The notes below the pieces were generated by a model. That model saw only the letters and a list, made by a program, of their open reading frames with translations, ran no database searches and had not been told where the DNA came from. Source: Monocercomonoides exilis PA203 (taxonomy: Eukaryota > Protista > Preaxostyla). Taken from it: a stretch of DNA of 64,000 nt. Of the stretch, positions 12,640-26,485 are shown piece by piece. Location: contig LSRY02000031.1 of assembly GCA_001643675.2 (NCBI GenBank), positions 372,001 through 436,000 on the forward strand, read 5' to 3'. The translations under genes were made by a program, and so were the position numbers. Positions within the stretch are counted from its first letter, which is position 1, and the number at the start of each line of letters is the position of its first letter.

Positions 12640-15600
12640 ATGAGCACAACAAAGAAAAAAGATGAAGAAAAGGAAATTGCATTTTTAAGGGAAAAGATAA
12701 GAATTCTCAACAGAGAAAGAGATATTGAAAAAAGAATGAGGTTTTTTTAGTTATTTTTTGAAAGATATACTCTAAAATTGAACATTTGAAATTAACATAT
12801 TTCTTATCAACTTTTTAAAGGCAAAAACCCGCTGAGTCAAAAGAGCAGCTCGAATCAAAGATACTTGAAGAACAAAAAGCAAGAGCTCTTAAACAAAAGA
12901 AAGCTTCTGATCGAGTCGAAGCTATTCACAGGGCAGCACTCGTTGGCGACCTTTCAAAAGCAGAAAAAACACTGAAGTCTCATCAAGATGGTCCGTATTA
13001 ATTTTATTTTAGATTTTTTAATATTAATATTTTTGACTTCTTTATTAAAGACATATCGAGTGATCAGCAAATTCAAAAACGACTTGAAAATTACATGGAA
13101 TACAAAAGGAAGCTCGAAGGAGCGAATGTGCGAGTACAAAAAGCTTTGGCAGAGGTTTGAAAAAAAACTGTTTATCCAAATTTAGAAAATATTTTTGAAA
13201 CAAATAGACCGAGATGAATTTGTCTAAGGGGCTTCAAGACTTTATTCCAGACCTTGTGATTATTCCACGAGCAGCTGTTCCAGTTTCACCAACAGGTCCA
13301 CGCTCCGTTTCCTCCTTCAACACTTTCGACAAAGACAACGATAGGATAGTTGTTGGAGGAGAACTAATGACCGAAAAGGAGTTTGTAGAAACGACCAGAC
13401 TGAATGTGGGTGTGCTGATGGAAGCGCTGACACGCAGCGAAGACCAGAAGCAGCTGTCAGAAGTGTGGGAGTGGGCGTGCAAGCGCGAGATGGGGTACAC
13501 AAGCGATGTGAAGCGGCTGGCATCGCTGGAGAACACGAATGCAGTCATTCAGAGGAATGTGGACAGCTCAGCAGCTGAAGTGGATGGGATGCTGAGTGCT
13601 GTGAAGGAGACGAAGGAGACAGCGTGGGGGCAGTGGGTGAGGCTGCAGGAGGCGCTGGCGAAGAAGCTGGAGGAGAAAGAGAAAGAGAAAGATCTGAGGA
13701 AGAAGTTGAGGGAGAGAAGGAAGAAGAAAAAGAAGAAGGAGAAGGAAGGAGAGGAAAATGGAGGAGGCGGCGGAGGAGGAGGAGAGAACGCAGGGGAAGG
13801 AGAGGAAGGCAGCGCTGTCAGGACAAGGGCGATGAAGAAAGGGAAAGAAAACGAAGGTTCTGAAGCGAACAAAGAGGAAGAAGGAGAATATGAGAAGGAG
13901 AATGAGAATGAGAACGACTTGTCTGCTTCATCAGATTCGATGGAAGTGGAGGAGATGCTGTTGGAAGCAGTGACATCAGCAAATGCAGAGGCGAAGAGTG
14001 GAATGGAAGGAGAAGGGAGGAAGAAAGGGAGCGTGGGAGGAGGAGGAGGAGGAAGTGGAGGAGGTGATGACTTGGGAAGGTTGAGGGCGATTATGAAGAA
14101 CTTGGAAGCGTCGATGTCGAATATGAAGGCGAAGATGCGGGCGAAGGAGACTGCTGCGCAGAAGATGAAGGAAAAGTACGAGAAGCAGCTGGCCGAGGTG
14201 CAGAAGGAGAAAGAGAGCGGAATCGAGACGAAGATTCAGCTGGAGACAGAGCTGCAGCAGAGGCAGATGACAGCAGCAGATCAGATGAAGAAGATGCAAA
14301 AGGAGCTGAAGAAGAGGGAAGATTACATTCTTCAGCTGCAGTCACAATTGGACTTAATGAAAAGACAAGTTAAAGAGCTACCCTCACTTTCCTCTTCTTC
14401 TCTTCTTACTCCTTCACCTTCAACTTCCTCCTCCTCTTCTTCCTCTTCTTCTTCTTCATCGCATGCCCCCTTTCTTTCAGCAATGAACCGAAAAGAGAAT
14501 TCGATCTTCCTCTCTTCCTCTTCTCTCTCTCACCCAACTTCTGTCTTCACTCCGCCTGCCACTTCAACATCCGCAAACACAAACACCCCCACTTCTCCAT
14601 CGGCTTTGCCTTCGCCTTCTACCTTCTCTACAGCCACAAATGCTGCAACCAACACATCATCATCATCATCTTCTTCTTCTTCCTCTTCCTCTTCTTCTCT
14701 TCCTCCCTCAAACATGCTGACGCTTTTAATCACTTCTTCTCATTCACTTCAATCACTTTCTGATCAAACACAGCAACAAACAGACTACCCTCCTTCTTCT
14801 GCCTCTGCCTCTGCTTCTCTCTCTCCTTTCCCTTCCATTCCACTCACACCATCTCAATCTTCATCTCAACAATCATCATCATCATCATCTTCTTCTTCTT
14901 CTTCATCTTCCTCTTCCTCTTCCTCCTCTTCATCTTCCTCTTCCTCCTCTTCTTCTCTCTCCCCCTCCCTCCAATCCTACTCGACCTCTCCTCTTCAGAT
15001 GGAGCGTGCAAAGACACGTGACTTCGTTTCTTCTTCTCCACTCTCCACTTCCCACACAGCACCCGAATTCTCCCCCGCCATGTCGCCTTATTCGCTCGTC
15101 TCACCTTCCTCTTCGTCTGTCGTGCAGACCTCGCTTTCCTCGGCCTTCTCGTCAAATTCTCTTGTTTCTGAACAATCGATCCCCATTTCACCCACTCCAG
15201 ACACACCTTCCATCTCTGCTCATTCGTTTTTTCCTCTGACAACTACAAGTTCATCATCATCATCTTCTTCTTCATCTTCTTCTTCTTCTTCCTCCTCCTC
15301 CTCTTCTTTCACTTCATCTACTGCTTCTCTTCCTTCCATCTCTCAGCCTCACCCTCCTCTGACTCCTTCTTCTCAAAAGGTGAAGAAAGGGAAGAAAGGA
15401 GGAAGAATAAATTCACAAGGGAAACTGGGAAAAGGAAGAAAAAAGGGGAAAAGTGGGAATGAAATGCCGTTGTCACCTTCATCTGCGATGAATGGAGGGT
15501 TGTTTGGAAGAGGAGCGTCGAGCTTGGATGAAGACGAGGAAGACGATGAAGATGCACCGTTTGTGTTTTTCAGCCAGTTCAAGAAGAAGAAGAATGAGAA

Positions 15601-18600
15601 AAAGAAAGGAGGGGAAGGAGGAGGAGGAGGAGGAGGAGGGAGTGATGATAACAGCTCGTTAATGTCACCATCGTCAAGAGAAGATGCCGGCTTTTCAGAT
15701 GGGGATGGGCACACAGAAGGAGAAGAAGACGATGGAAGGACAGAAAGGTCGAAGAATACGATTGGATCAGTGAGAGGAGAGAGAGAAAGAGAAAGAGAGA
15801 GAGAAGGAGAAGGAGAAGGAGAAGAGAAAGAGGATAAATTGCACTGTATGACGTTGCTGGAATTGATGGCAGAAGATCCAGAGTCGATGATAGACAACGA
15901 AGAAAGCGCGTTTCAGAAGAGGACAATGTCAATAGCAGAGCAGTGGAAGAAGAGGAAAGAGGAGTTGGATGAGTGGAAGGCGAAGATCGAGCAGCAGAAG
16001 GCGAAGTATGGCGAGATGCCGCAGCAAACAATCGAGGAAGAGAAAGAAAAGACAGAGAAGACGTTGAAGGGGAAGGGGAAAGGGAGAGGAAGAGGGAGAG
16101 GGAAGGCGATGTTATCACGACAGGATTCGATGAGGAAGATGAAAGGAAGAGATTTCATGAGGCCTGCCTCAATTCTGACTGACTCGACTTCTCCTTCCAC
16201 GTTTGCAATGCCCCCGACTACACCTTCATCAGCATCTGCACTGCAGAGATTGAGAGAAAGAAGAAGGCAGAACTCGTCTTCTTGCCTTGTTCCTCCTCCA
16301 CTCACAAGCACTTCTTCTTCATCTTCTTCCTCATCCTCCTCATCCTCCTCATCCTCCTCATCCTCCTCATCCTCCTCTTGCTCTGTTCTTCCTACGCCTC
16401 TCTCCTCCTTCGGCGTTATTGCCTCCCAATTAGCATATTCCTCCTCTTCAACCGATGTCAGTAGTGTCGGCAGTACGGGAAGTAATCAAAGTTTAGAGAG
16501 AAAAGGAAGCAAAAGAGGAAGTTCTCATTCATCTGCTGGCTCAACGGGGGGTTCAGGAAGACGAGTTTCGGCATCTGTTTCAGCATCTTCTTCGGCGCTG
16601 GTGCTGGCGAGGGGGCCGCAGAGGAGGAAGGAGAAAGAGAAGGAGAAAGAGAGAGAAAAAGAAAAAGAGAAAGAGAAAGAGAGGGAGAAGGAACGAGAGA
16701 GAGAAAAGAGGAAGGAGAAAGAGGAAGAAAAAGAGAAAGAGAAAGGAGCACGGAGAAATATGAAGCCAGCACCGATTGTTCCTGTTTCTCCGTCGGACAC
16801 AGCAACACAAATGACGCAAACACCGAGTTCATGGAATGACAGAAGAAGATCCTATTCTTCGGATAGCGTTTCGTTAATGTCTTCTTTCTCTTCTCCTTCT
16901 TCGGTTTCTTCTTCTTCCTCTTCTTCTTCGATTTCTTCTTCCTTTTCGTTGACACATACGAACAGCTTGCCAGCTCATTTGCACAAAGAAAGGAAGAAAA
17001 ATGGGGAAGGAAACGAAGAAGATGATATTCAATCACAACCTCATCATCATCATCACAAAAGACATAAACTTAGAAATCATCACCACCACCATCATCATGA
17101 CTCAACATTCCCTTCTTCTTCTTCTCTTTCATCTGCTTTGTCTTCAACACACACACCTTCCTTTTCTTCTTCTTCTTCTCCCTCTGCTCCTTTTCCTGAT
17201 CCCAATGAACCGCCCAAACACCATCACAGGCACCACAAGCATTCACAACGTCATCATAACAATAGACATCATCATCATCATCATCATCATCGCAATCATC
17301 TGAACAGCAACTCATCTCCTTCCCTTTCTTCCTCCCTCTCTTCTTTCTCTCTCCATCCTTCTTTCCTTTCCGACTCGCAAAACGATCTCTCCGCAGAAAC
17401 AGACATTTGTGTCAGAACATTGACAGACACTCGCTCTGCGAAGAGAACAGGAAAGAGGAACGTTTCGACATCTTCGCTGTCAACCAGAGAAGATCCATTG
17501 AATGTGAGCGGAGGGAGAAAAGGTGGGAGAAGGAGGAAGAGGAGAGGAGGAAGAGGAGGAAGAGGAGGAAGAGGAGAAAGAGGAGAAAGAGGAGAAGGTG
17601 GAGAAGATGAGGATTATGCTGATGAGGACAATGATGACGGGCAAGGAGATGAAGACGAAGGAGGAAAAGGAGGAAAAGGAAGAAGAAGAAGTGGGAAGAA
17701 AGTGCCATCTGAATTGGATTTGCATGCACTGGAGATAGCGAAGATGATGGACTTGTCATCACAGTCACTTTCTCAGCTGGCATTCAATGAAAGACCAGCT
17801 ATACTGCCTACCCCAACAAGGGATATGTTGGGTACTCCATTTGGAGGAGGAAGAGAGAGGGAGAGGGAGAAAGGAGGGGAGAAGACGAATGAAGAGGGTG
17901 AAGGAGGAAGAGAAGGAAGAGAAGTGAGTGGAGAAGCAAATGGAGAGCGAACACAACAGAACTTATCGTCAATCACACCAAAATCAGCATATGGAGGAGG
18001 AGGAGCATTGAACACTTTAAGCACTTCTTTGTCTTCGTCTTCATCAGCATCTGGCTTTCCCCCTGCGTCAGGCAAGCATTCATTTGCCTTTGGATACGAA
18101 GCACATCCGCTTTTGGCGTTTATTGATGTGGATGTGAGGGCAAAAGCAGCAAAGAAGATTGCTTTTGTTCATTCCTCGTCGAGCAAGTCGCTTTTGAATG
18201 GAGAAGAAGGAAAGGGAGAAGACAAAGGAGAAGGAGAAGGAAGTTGTTCGAAGGAGAAGAGGAAGACAATGAACTGGAAGCAGATACATCGAGTGAGATC
18301 AGAGAAAGATCTGAAAATAGGAAGATGGGAAGACAACAGCGAGTCAGGCATTCAATCAGTGCGAAGCGAGACAGGAGAAGATGCGGGGGCATACGAGATG
18401 AATTCTGGTTCATCATCATCTTCTTCTTCTTCTTCCTCCTCCTCCTCCTCTTTTTCATCTTCTCCAATGGATGACTCAAAGAATCCATCAGAAGATGGCT
18501 CAGATGGAATGAATGGGCAGACAAATGCATCAACTGGTGCTTTTCCTGACTCAAATTCTTCTTCTTCTTCTTCCTCTTCCTCTTCTCTTTTCCCTTCCAA

Positions 18601-21600
18601 TCAACAAGCAAACGAACAAGGAGATAACAACCAAGCGTCCACAGATATCTCTTCCTCTGTCTCTTCTTCTCTCCCTCTGCCTCCCAAGCTGCATCACCCA
18701 TATCTTTCCTCTCAGCTTCCCAGCTCCATTCCCATCCCTGTTGACATCTCCTCTTTTACTTCTTTGTCTCTTCAGGGTGTTCCCATCAAGACTGTCTCAA
18801 ATGGCAATCAAAATACATCCAAATTGAGAAGAAATAACAGTAATAATAACAATAATAGCAATAATAGCAATGATAATAGTAATCACAATAAAACATCTGC
18901 CATTCGTCGCAAGCGCCTTCCTCGCCCGACATCAGCCGATGGAGCTAAAATCAAGCTGTTGAAACATCTTGTGTTTGAGAAGGTGATTATTGATGAGAAC
19001 TTTGCGAATGATGCAGCGATTGTTGGGGTGAGGTTGCAGCCTGTGCCGAGAAAGCAGCTGTTGAGCGTGCTGAAGAGGAAGTGGATGAACGAGGAGAACA
19101 GAAAGAGAGGAGACGAGGAGAAGGAGAAGGAGATGAAGGAAGGGAGAGAGAAGGAGGAGAGGAGGGAGAAGAGGAGGAGGGAGAGAATGAGGGAGAAAGA
19201 GAAGGAGAGAGAGAGGAAGAGGAGAAGAGAAAGAAGACTGAAGATTCGTGGAGAAGGAGGAGAAGGAGGAGAAGGAGGAGAAGGAGGAGGAGAGGGAGAA
19301 GGAAATGAAGAAGGAAACACACAAACAGATTCAGAAAGCAGATCAGCAGGGCATTCACTTTCAAGTTGGTATTCATTGCAGAGTGAAGGAGAAGGAGGAG
19401 AAAGAGGAGAAAGAGGAAAGAAGAGGGAAGGAAGGAGCAAGCGATCAGGTTCATCTGAGCTGATTGTGGCGGGTGAGGCAGTTCATCAGCACCACAGAGA
19501 GAGAGGGAAGCAGTCAAGACATCATCACTCACGTCATCACGGACATCATGGGAGGAGAGAAGGAGACAGAGGAAGTGTTGGAAGCGTTGGGAGAGAAGGA
19601 GAAGGAGAAGAAGGAGGAGAAGGAAAAGAAGGAGAAAGAGGAGAAAGGAATGAAGAAGAAGAAGAGGCGAATCGGAAGAGAAGAGAAGAGAGAAGAAGAC
19701 AAAGAGCACAGCAGTTTCCATTTCTTGACCAGAATGTGCAGTCATCTTCATCTCATCATCATCACAAAAGACAAAATCAGTCTTTTACATTGGAAACCCC
19801 TCATGCCACGCCAATTGGAGCAAATGGAGAAGAAGAAAGATTTGGTGACGTGTCAGATGAAGGGGGAGGAAGAGAAGGCGGAGGAAATGAAGGAGGAGAA
19901 GGAAGCAATATTATTGCTGCTTCTTCTCTTTCTTCCTCTTCTTCCTCTTCCTCTTCCTCTTCTTCTCTCTCTCCTTCCCTCAAAGATCGCAATGTCAACA
20001 TCACTGTTGACACCCAGCCATCTGATGTGCAGTTGTTGCTGTCTCATTCTCCTGTCCATTTTCCTCGTTTGTCTCAGCAAAACCAGAATGCTCAAAGAGA
20101 AGCAGAGAAAGTTTTGTGGAAGATTCCTTCCTCTTTCGCCCCACTCCACGCACAGCACACAAACATCAGCTCTAATTCCAACATGAACATCAATCCAAGC
20201 ACAAACACAAGAGAATTGGGTGTTTCTCCGCCAAATGGAATGTTTCTGTCGAATCAGGAGCAGATCATCCAGATGGCAAGAGAGTTTGCTTTCAGACCTT
20301 CCACTCAGCCATCTGCCTCTTCTTCTTTTCCTTCTTCATTCTCCTCTTCCTCCTCTTCCTCCTCTTCCTCTTCCTCTTCCATTTACAATGTTGATATTCC
20401 TGTTCGCCCATTCACTTCTGATGTGACATCTTCCTCTTCCTCTTCCTCTTCTTCTCTTTTTGTTCCTCAATCATCTTCTATTGCTGCTTCTCTCTATCCA
20501 ATTTCTTTCTTATCTTCTTCTTCTTCTTCCTCCTCTTCTTCTTTCTCTCCTCCTCCTCCTCCTCCTCCTCCCATCATTCGTCGTTCTCTTTCTCCTCCAC
20601 ACACATCTGCTTCTTCTTCCTCTTCCTCCTCTTCCTCCTCCTCTTCTTCTTTCAATCGCTCTTCTCTTTCTCCTCCTCTTGTTCGCTTCGACCAAACAAA
20701 ATCTGACAAATTTGGCAGACCAATCAAAAGTGGCTCGCCTTTCGTTTCTGAAAGAACATTTGCTTCTCAGCAGCCATCATCATCTTCCTCTTCCTCTTCC
20801 TCTTCCTTCTCTCCCTCCTCCTTCATCACCACTCGCCAGATCCGCCAGAGTTACTCTGCCACATCCAAACCCTTCTCCTCTTCACGTGCCTTTTCCTCCT
20901 CTTCCAAATACCCTCACCCTCCTCTTCGCCCTTCCCCCGCACGTGATTTGTCTAAGCAATTGGATGTCTATGGTGTATCTGCTTATCCTCTTCCTCTGCC
21001 AACGTCTGCTTCATTCAATCAGAATCAGATTCATCCATCAGCTTCTTCTTCCTCCTCCTCCTCCTCTTCTTCTTCCTCCTCTTCTCTTTCCTCTCGCCTC
21101 TCCTCTCCTTCTCATCTTCAGCGCACGTATTCAGACAACATAGACAACATCATCAGTCTCAGACAATCCAACTCAGAAGGAGAAAGAGTGAAAAGTGCAA
21201 CCGCGTCAGCCACCACACGACGAGGCAATTTAGACACATTTTCTCGTCGCTCCTCTTCTTCTGCTTCTTCTTCGTTCAAGCCACACAACAGAATAAACAC
21301 TCCATTGCATTCGAATGGGAACGAGAGAGGGGTTGGGGTGATGGGGAGGAAGGGAGGAAGAGAAGGAGGAGGAGGAAATGGAGGAGGAAGTGATCTTTCG
21401 ATGAGACGTTCTATTTCATTTATGCCTTCTTCCTCCTCCTCCTCTTCTTCTTCCTCTTCTTTTCGTGTGGCAGAAGATGCGATTGATCCAACACTCACTC
21501 CTTTGAGACAGATACAACCATCTTCTTCTTCCTCTTCTTCTTCCTCTTCTTCTTCTTCCTCTTCCTCTAATAATGCACAAGATGAATTCAACAGCTATTT

Positions 21601-22954
21601 ATCATCTCAAAACACATCATCTTCCTCTTCTTCTTCTTCTTCTTCTTCTTCTCATTTGACTCTTCCTTCTCTTCGCACTTCGCAAAGCCCTCCTTTCAGA
21701 GACAGACAACATTCTTCTCCTTTCCCTTCACTCCAATTTGAGTCTTCTTTTCAATCATTCGACCCTTCTCCCTCCATCACCCTCACTTCTCCTATGAAAC
21801 GCCCTTCTTCTTCTATTTCTTCTTCTTCTTCCTCCTCCTCCTCTTATCAAAACTCTTCTTCTTCTTCCTCTTCTTCCTCTTCTTCCTCTTCCACTCCATT
21901 TGATCCACTTGAGTGGCAGAGGAAGAGAGCGAAGACACCTGGCTCTTTTGCACAGGCACTCGCAAAAACAGCTCAAAAACCTGCTTCCGTCTTCCTCGCT
22001 CCTCTTTATGTGTCAAACACACCTTATTCTTCTTCTTCATCATCATCTTCTTCATCATCATCTTCTTCTTCTTCTCAATCTGATTCATTTGCTTATTCAG
22101 TCAATCAACACAACAAGAATAGGAATTCTGCTCAAAATAGCAGTACTTCTGAGTCATCATCAACATCAACTTCTTCTTCTTCTTCTTCCACTTCACCTTC
22201 GCCTTCACCTTCTTCATCTTCTTCTTCAGACACTTCAACTCCAGTTCGTCTTCCTTCTCCTTCTTCACGTGGATATCCTTCCTCTTCTTCTTCCTCTTCC
22301 TCTTCTTCTTCTTCCTTTTATCGTCCGGCTTCTCCTCGTATTCCATCAACCACTCCAATCATTTGCACCCCTCCTCCTTCCACTGCCATCTCTCCTTCTG
22401 TCCCTTCTTCTCCTCCTCTTGTCATTTCATCTTCTTCTTCGTTCCCTTATTCTTCTTCTTCTTCTTCGTCGTCGTCATCGTCTTCTTCTTCTGAAGATGA
22501 AAGCAAACCTTTCCTTTCAGACTTCTTATCAGATGACGACACATCACCCGCTGTACAGCAAACACCCTCAGCATCTCAATCATCATCATCTTCTTCTTCC
22601 TCTTCCTCTTCTTCTTCTTCTTCTCCTGCTTTCAGCAGTTTAACTGATCTTCCCCCCATTTTGTACACCTCCACTTCATTTGCGCCTTCTTCTCTTTCTC
22701 CTTCCTTTCAACAACAACAGCAACATAATTATCAGCATCAACAGCTTTCTTTATCTATACGCCCTTCTTCCTCTTTCTCTTCTTCTTCTTCTTCTTCTTC
22801 TTCTTCTTCTTCTTCTCCATACAAATCAACAGTTAAGCCGAGAAAGGATCATTTGGCAGATCCAACGCTTTCTTCTTGGAATCAGCTCAAAAAATCTGAT
22901 AAAACATCAGACAAATCTCTGTTTGCCTCTCGAATAGCAGAGGCACTTTCTTAG
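12640..22954 (+). CDS. Giant low-complexity protein with N-terminal coiled coil (~3370 aa, 4 exons)
   Basis: Exons 12640-12740, 12821-12990, 13051-13154, 13208-22954; three GT-AG introns keep the frame into the 3246-aa ORF. Poly-S, poly-G, poly-H and EK tracts. Confidence 0.8.
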
Positions 22955-23424
22955 TTAATTCTTCATTTTTTGTTGGAAAATCATCATGACAAAGAATTTT
23001 TTGGCAATTTATTGAATTCTTTTGAATGCAATTAAGAATTGATTGCTTTTCTTAAAGCATCTGTTGAGTTCATTCAATGTTTTATAGACAATTTTTATTT
23101 CACTGTTCCATTTATTTTCATACATTTTTTGTTTTTAAATTTTTAAATATTTTCATTTTTTATTCTTCAATTAGCTCTACATAATCAAGTTATGAAGATC
23201 AAAGAATTTTTTTTAAAAAAAAATTTACAAAGTGAGACATATATATAATTTTTATCATGAATGCTTTTAACGAGAAGATAAAAAGTGATTTAAAGAAATT
23301 TCGCGTTTTGCGAGAGAATATTGTTGTGAGAAGTGATTCATTTCGCAAAATGTGATTCTAGATGTGAACTCATGCCTGTAAAGACTTTTTCAAAATAAAC
23401 AATCTCTCCAGAAAAGGAATATTA

Positions 23425-24097
23425 CTAAAAGCCCCACATTCCTCCTCCCATTCCTCCATTGCAGCCATATCCGCCTCCATTCATATTGTTTATTCCAGCT
23501 GCATTCGCAAAAGAATTTGCCGCGCCTCCAAAGTTTGAATTTCCAAACGCATTATTTAAAGAAGCGCATCCACGTGCATTCCCCATGTTATAGCCAGTTT
23601 GCCCAGACCAACTATTTTCTTGAATGTTTCTCACAAGATATTCATTTCCTTGATGAATTTGATATTCATTTGTTTCATAAGCTCCAGAAGCTCCAATATC
23701 GACATCAGCGTTCACTGAATTCACAGCATAAGCATCTTGCCCATAGCCTACATTATCAACTCCAGCACCATAAGCATTTGCATTTGCTTCTTGTGCATAT
23801 CCACCTCCAACTCCTCCACCTCCATATCCTCCTGCTCCAACTGGCCATCCACCCCATCCACCCCATCCACCCCACGCAGGAAATCCGCATCCTCCCCAAC
23901 CACCATTTCCCCAATTCCCGCATAATCCATAAAATGATATTCCATATAAATTGCTAAATAAAAGGCCTAATGCCAACGAAATCATCAATGCTTTATAAAA
24001 TCGTCGATATTATAAAAATATAAACTTTAAAACAAACTAAAATACGAGCACAATCACTGTAGAAATATCTACAAAAAATAAATCACTTACCAATCAT
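23425..24097 (-). CDS. Small secreted Gly/Asn/Tyr/Trp-rich protein (~190 aa), possibly structural or cyst-wall-like
   Basis: 7-nt first exon ATGATTG (24097-24091) and GTAAGT...AAAG intron 24090-23991 give the signal-like start MIALMISLALGLLFS; then WGGWGGWGGW and GGY repeats. Confidence 0.75.
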
Positions 24098-24272
24098 CGT
24101 AATATGTTATGGTTAAGTACCCATTCTTTTTTGAAAATTTTGAGAGAACGAAATATTTAATTCAAAATTTGTGAATTAATTTATTTAATTCATTGCTTGA
24201 AACAAATGAAAAATTCATAGACTCTTTCAGAACACATATCTTCTTGTATTTTCTTTTTCGTAAATTTATTGT

Positions 24273-24273
<1 letters not shown>

Positions 24274-24312
<39 letters not shown>
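24274..24312. repeat. 39-nt poly(T) tract
   Basis: Seen directly, ~180 bp upstream of the minus-strand secreted-protein gene. Confidence 0.9.
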
Positions 24313-24318
<6 letters not shown>

Positions 24319-24615
24319 TCAACGGAGAAAAGCCACATTCTGATTTGAAACATGTTTTCATATCAAGTCGAAACGACTTATTGACTTATTCTGATTTGAT
24401 TGCAAAAAAAGACTGCATCAATTTGTGATTAATTATAAATAAGCAAAAACGATTAGATAATGCTTATCCCTCTTTCTTTGATAAAAATTCATTCATTTCA
24501 AAATTGATTTTCCGGTTCGATTTCAGAAATATTTCAAAAACATAATTGTCTAAAAAGAACATTATTTTTCTTTTGTCATGAAACAATAATAGTTTGCTAA
24601 AGAAGTGAACAACTA

Positions 24616-26485
24616 CCCTTGGTGGAAAACCCGGTAGTTGGTGACTCGAAATAGTCGGATTTTTCAACGTTAAAGTCATCTCAATTCTTTTTGAGTATTC
24701 TTGTTTTTGTTTTATAAGATTTTTGTGAATGTTAAATTTTATGTTTGTTAATAAAAGTGGGTGATTTAAATTAGAAAATTATTTTTTATATTTGATCAAA
24801 ACCATAAAGATGAAAAAAGCATGCAGAAAGCTCAACTACAGCTTAAGAGAAAGGTTTGCAATAAAATGTTTCAGCGGGCATTTAAAACAATTTATATGTC
24901 TTTTAACTTGCAATAATTATTTTAGTGAATATACATGTAGTATACCTTTTTTTCGAAGATCGTATATTTTTTGTGATAAGCTATTAAAAGAAAGATTGCT
25001 GTCTGCTATTTTTTTGTATTATGTTTATTTTATTGTTTTTTGTTGAATGCTATTATTTAAATCTTCGAAAACGAAGTTTGAACGGCACAGTTTTACGCAC
25101 ATATTTTTGAAGTTTATTTGTGTTTAACTTGCTCAATGATAAGTGAAACATTGATTTTTTGTTATTTAAACAAGCTAGTTGCTGTTGTTTAAATTTTGAT
25201 ATGCATCAATGCATATTCAGTGAGAATTTTGAAATATTTTGTTTATTGAAATTTCTTCAATTCTTTTTATGCAAAATTAGTTATCTCCTTTTTTTATCAT
25301 TTTTCTTTAATCTATACTCAATACGTTGTATGTGTTGTTTTTATTTCTTTAAATTCTTTTTTGTCACAAATATTTTTCATGAATTATTTTTCTTAATTTT
25401 TATTTTTTATTATTTTATTATTTTGTGAATTTACCTGCTTGTGTATTTTTTGCAGACATATGTTGAATATTAAACAAAATTCATATTTATCAATAAATCT
25501 CAATGACTTTTATTGATGACAATTTTTGTTATTTGAACAAATTGAACAAAAACAACATTTTTCATTTGAAAGTTAATAAAGATTTAAAACTACAGCATAT
25601 TTCAATTTGCAACACAAGTGTTCAATAAATAAATAATTGAACATAAAAATTCGAAAGACAAAATTTCACATAAATACAATCTTAAAACACATTCTTTCAA
25701 AATAATGAATAAAATAATTCATGAAAAATATTTGTGACAAAAAAGAATTTAAAGAAATAAAAACAACACATACAACGTATTGAGTATAGATTAAAGAAAA
25801 ATGATAAAAAAAGGAGATAACTAATTTTGCATAAAAAGAATTGAAGAAATTTCAATAAACAAAATATTTCAAAATTCTCACTGAATATGCATTGATGCAT
25901 ATCAAAATTTAAACAACAGCAACTAGCTTGTTTAAATAACAAAAAATCAATGTTTCACTTATCATTGAGCAAGTTAAACACAAATAAACTTCAAAAATAT
26001 GTGCGTAAAACTGTGCCGTTCAAACTTCGTTTTCGAAGATTTAAATAATAGCATTCAACAAAAAACAATAAAATAAACATAATACAAAAAAATAGCAGAC
26101 AGCAATCTTTCTTTTAATAGCTTATCACAAAAAATATACGATCTTCGAAAAAAAGGTATACTACATGTATATTCACTAAAATAATTATTGCAAGTTAAAA
26201 GACATATAAATTGTTTTAAATGCCCGCTGAAACATTTTATTGCAAACCTTTCTCTTAAGCTGTAGTTGAGCTTTCTGCATGCTTTTTTCATCTTTATGGT
26301 TTTGATCAAATATAAAAAATAATTTTCTAATTTAAATCACCCACTTTTATTAACAAACATAAAATTTAACATTCACAAAAATCTTATAAAACAAAAACAA
26401 GAATACTCAAAAAGAATTGAGATGACTTTAACGTTGAAAAATCCGACTATTTCGAGTCACCAACTACCGTGTTTTCCACCAAGGG
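24616..26485. mobile_element. Non-autonomous foldback DNA transposon with 775-bp TIRs and TA TSD (Tc1/mariner/pogo-type)
   Basis: Arms 24616-25390 and 25711-26485 are equal-length reverse complements (one mismatch seen, 24631/26470); 320-bp spacer; TA|CCCTTGGTGG...CCACCAAGGG|TA. Mirror ORFs give identical translations. Confidence 0.9.

Noticed and set aside
7368-22937. Dozens of antisense and alternate-frame ORFs (poly-L/F/K/R)
   Set aside because: Shadow ORFs of stop-free GAA/TCT repeats inside the real genes; the same applies at 59-64 kb.
24610-24640. Small hairpin CAACTACC...GGTAGTTG across the foldback left junction
   Set aside because: It depends on flanking bases absent at the right end; probably coincidental.
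24792-26309. Two pairs of identical small ORFs on opposite strands
   Set aside because: By-products of the foldback arms; AT-rich, TTG-started and not protein-like.
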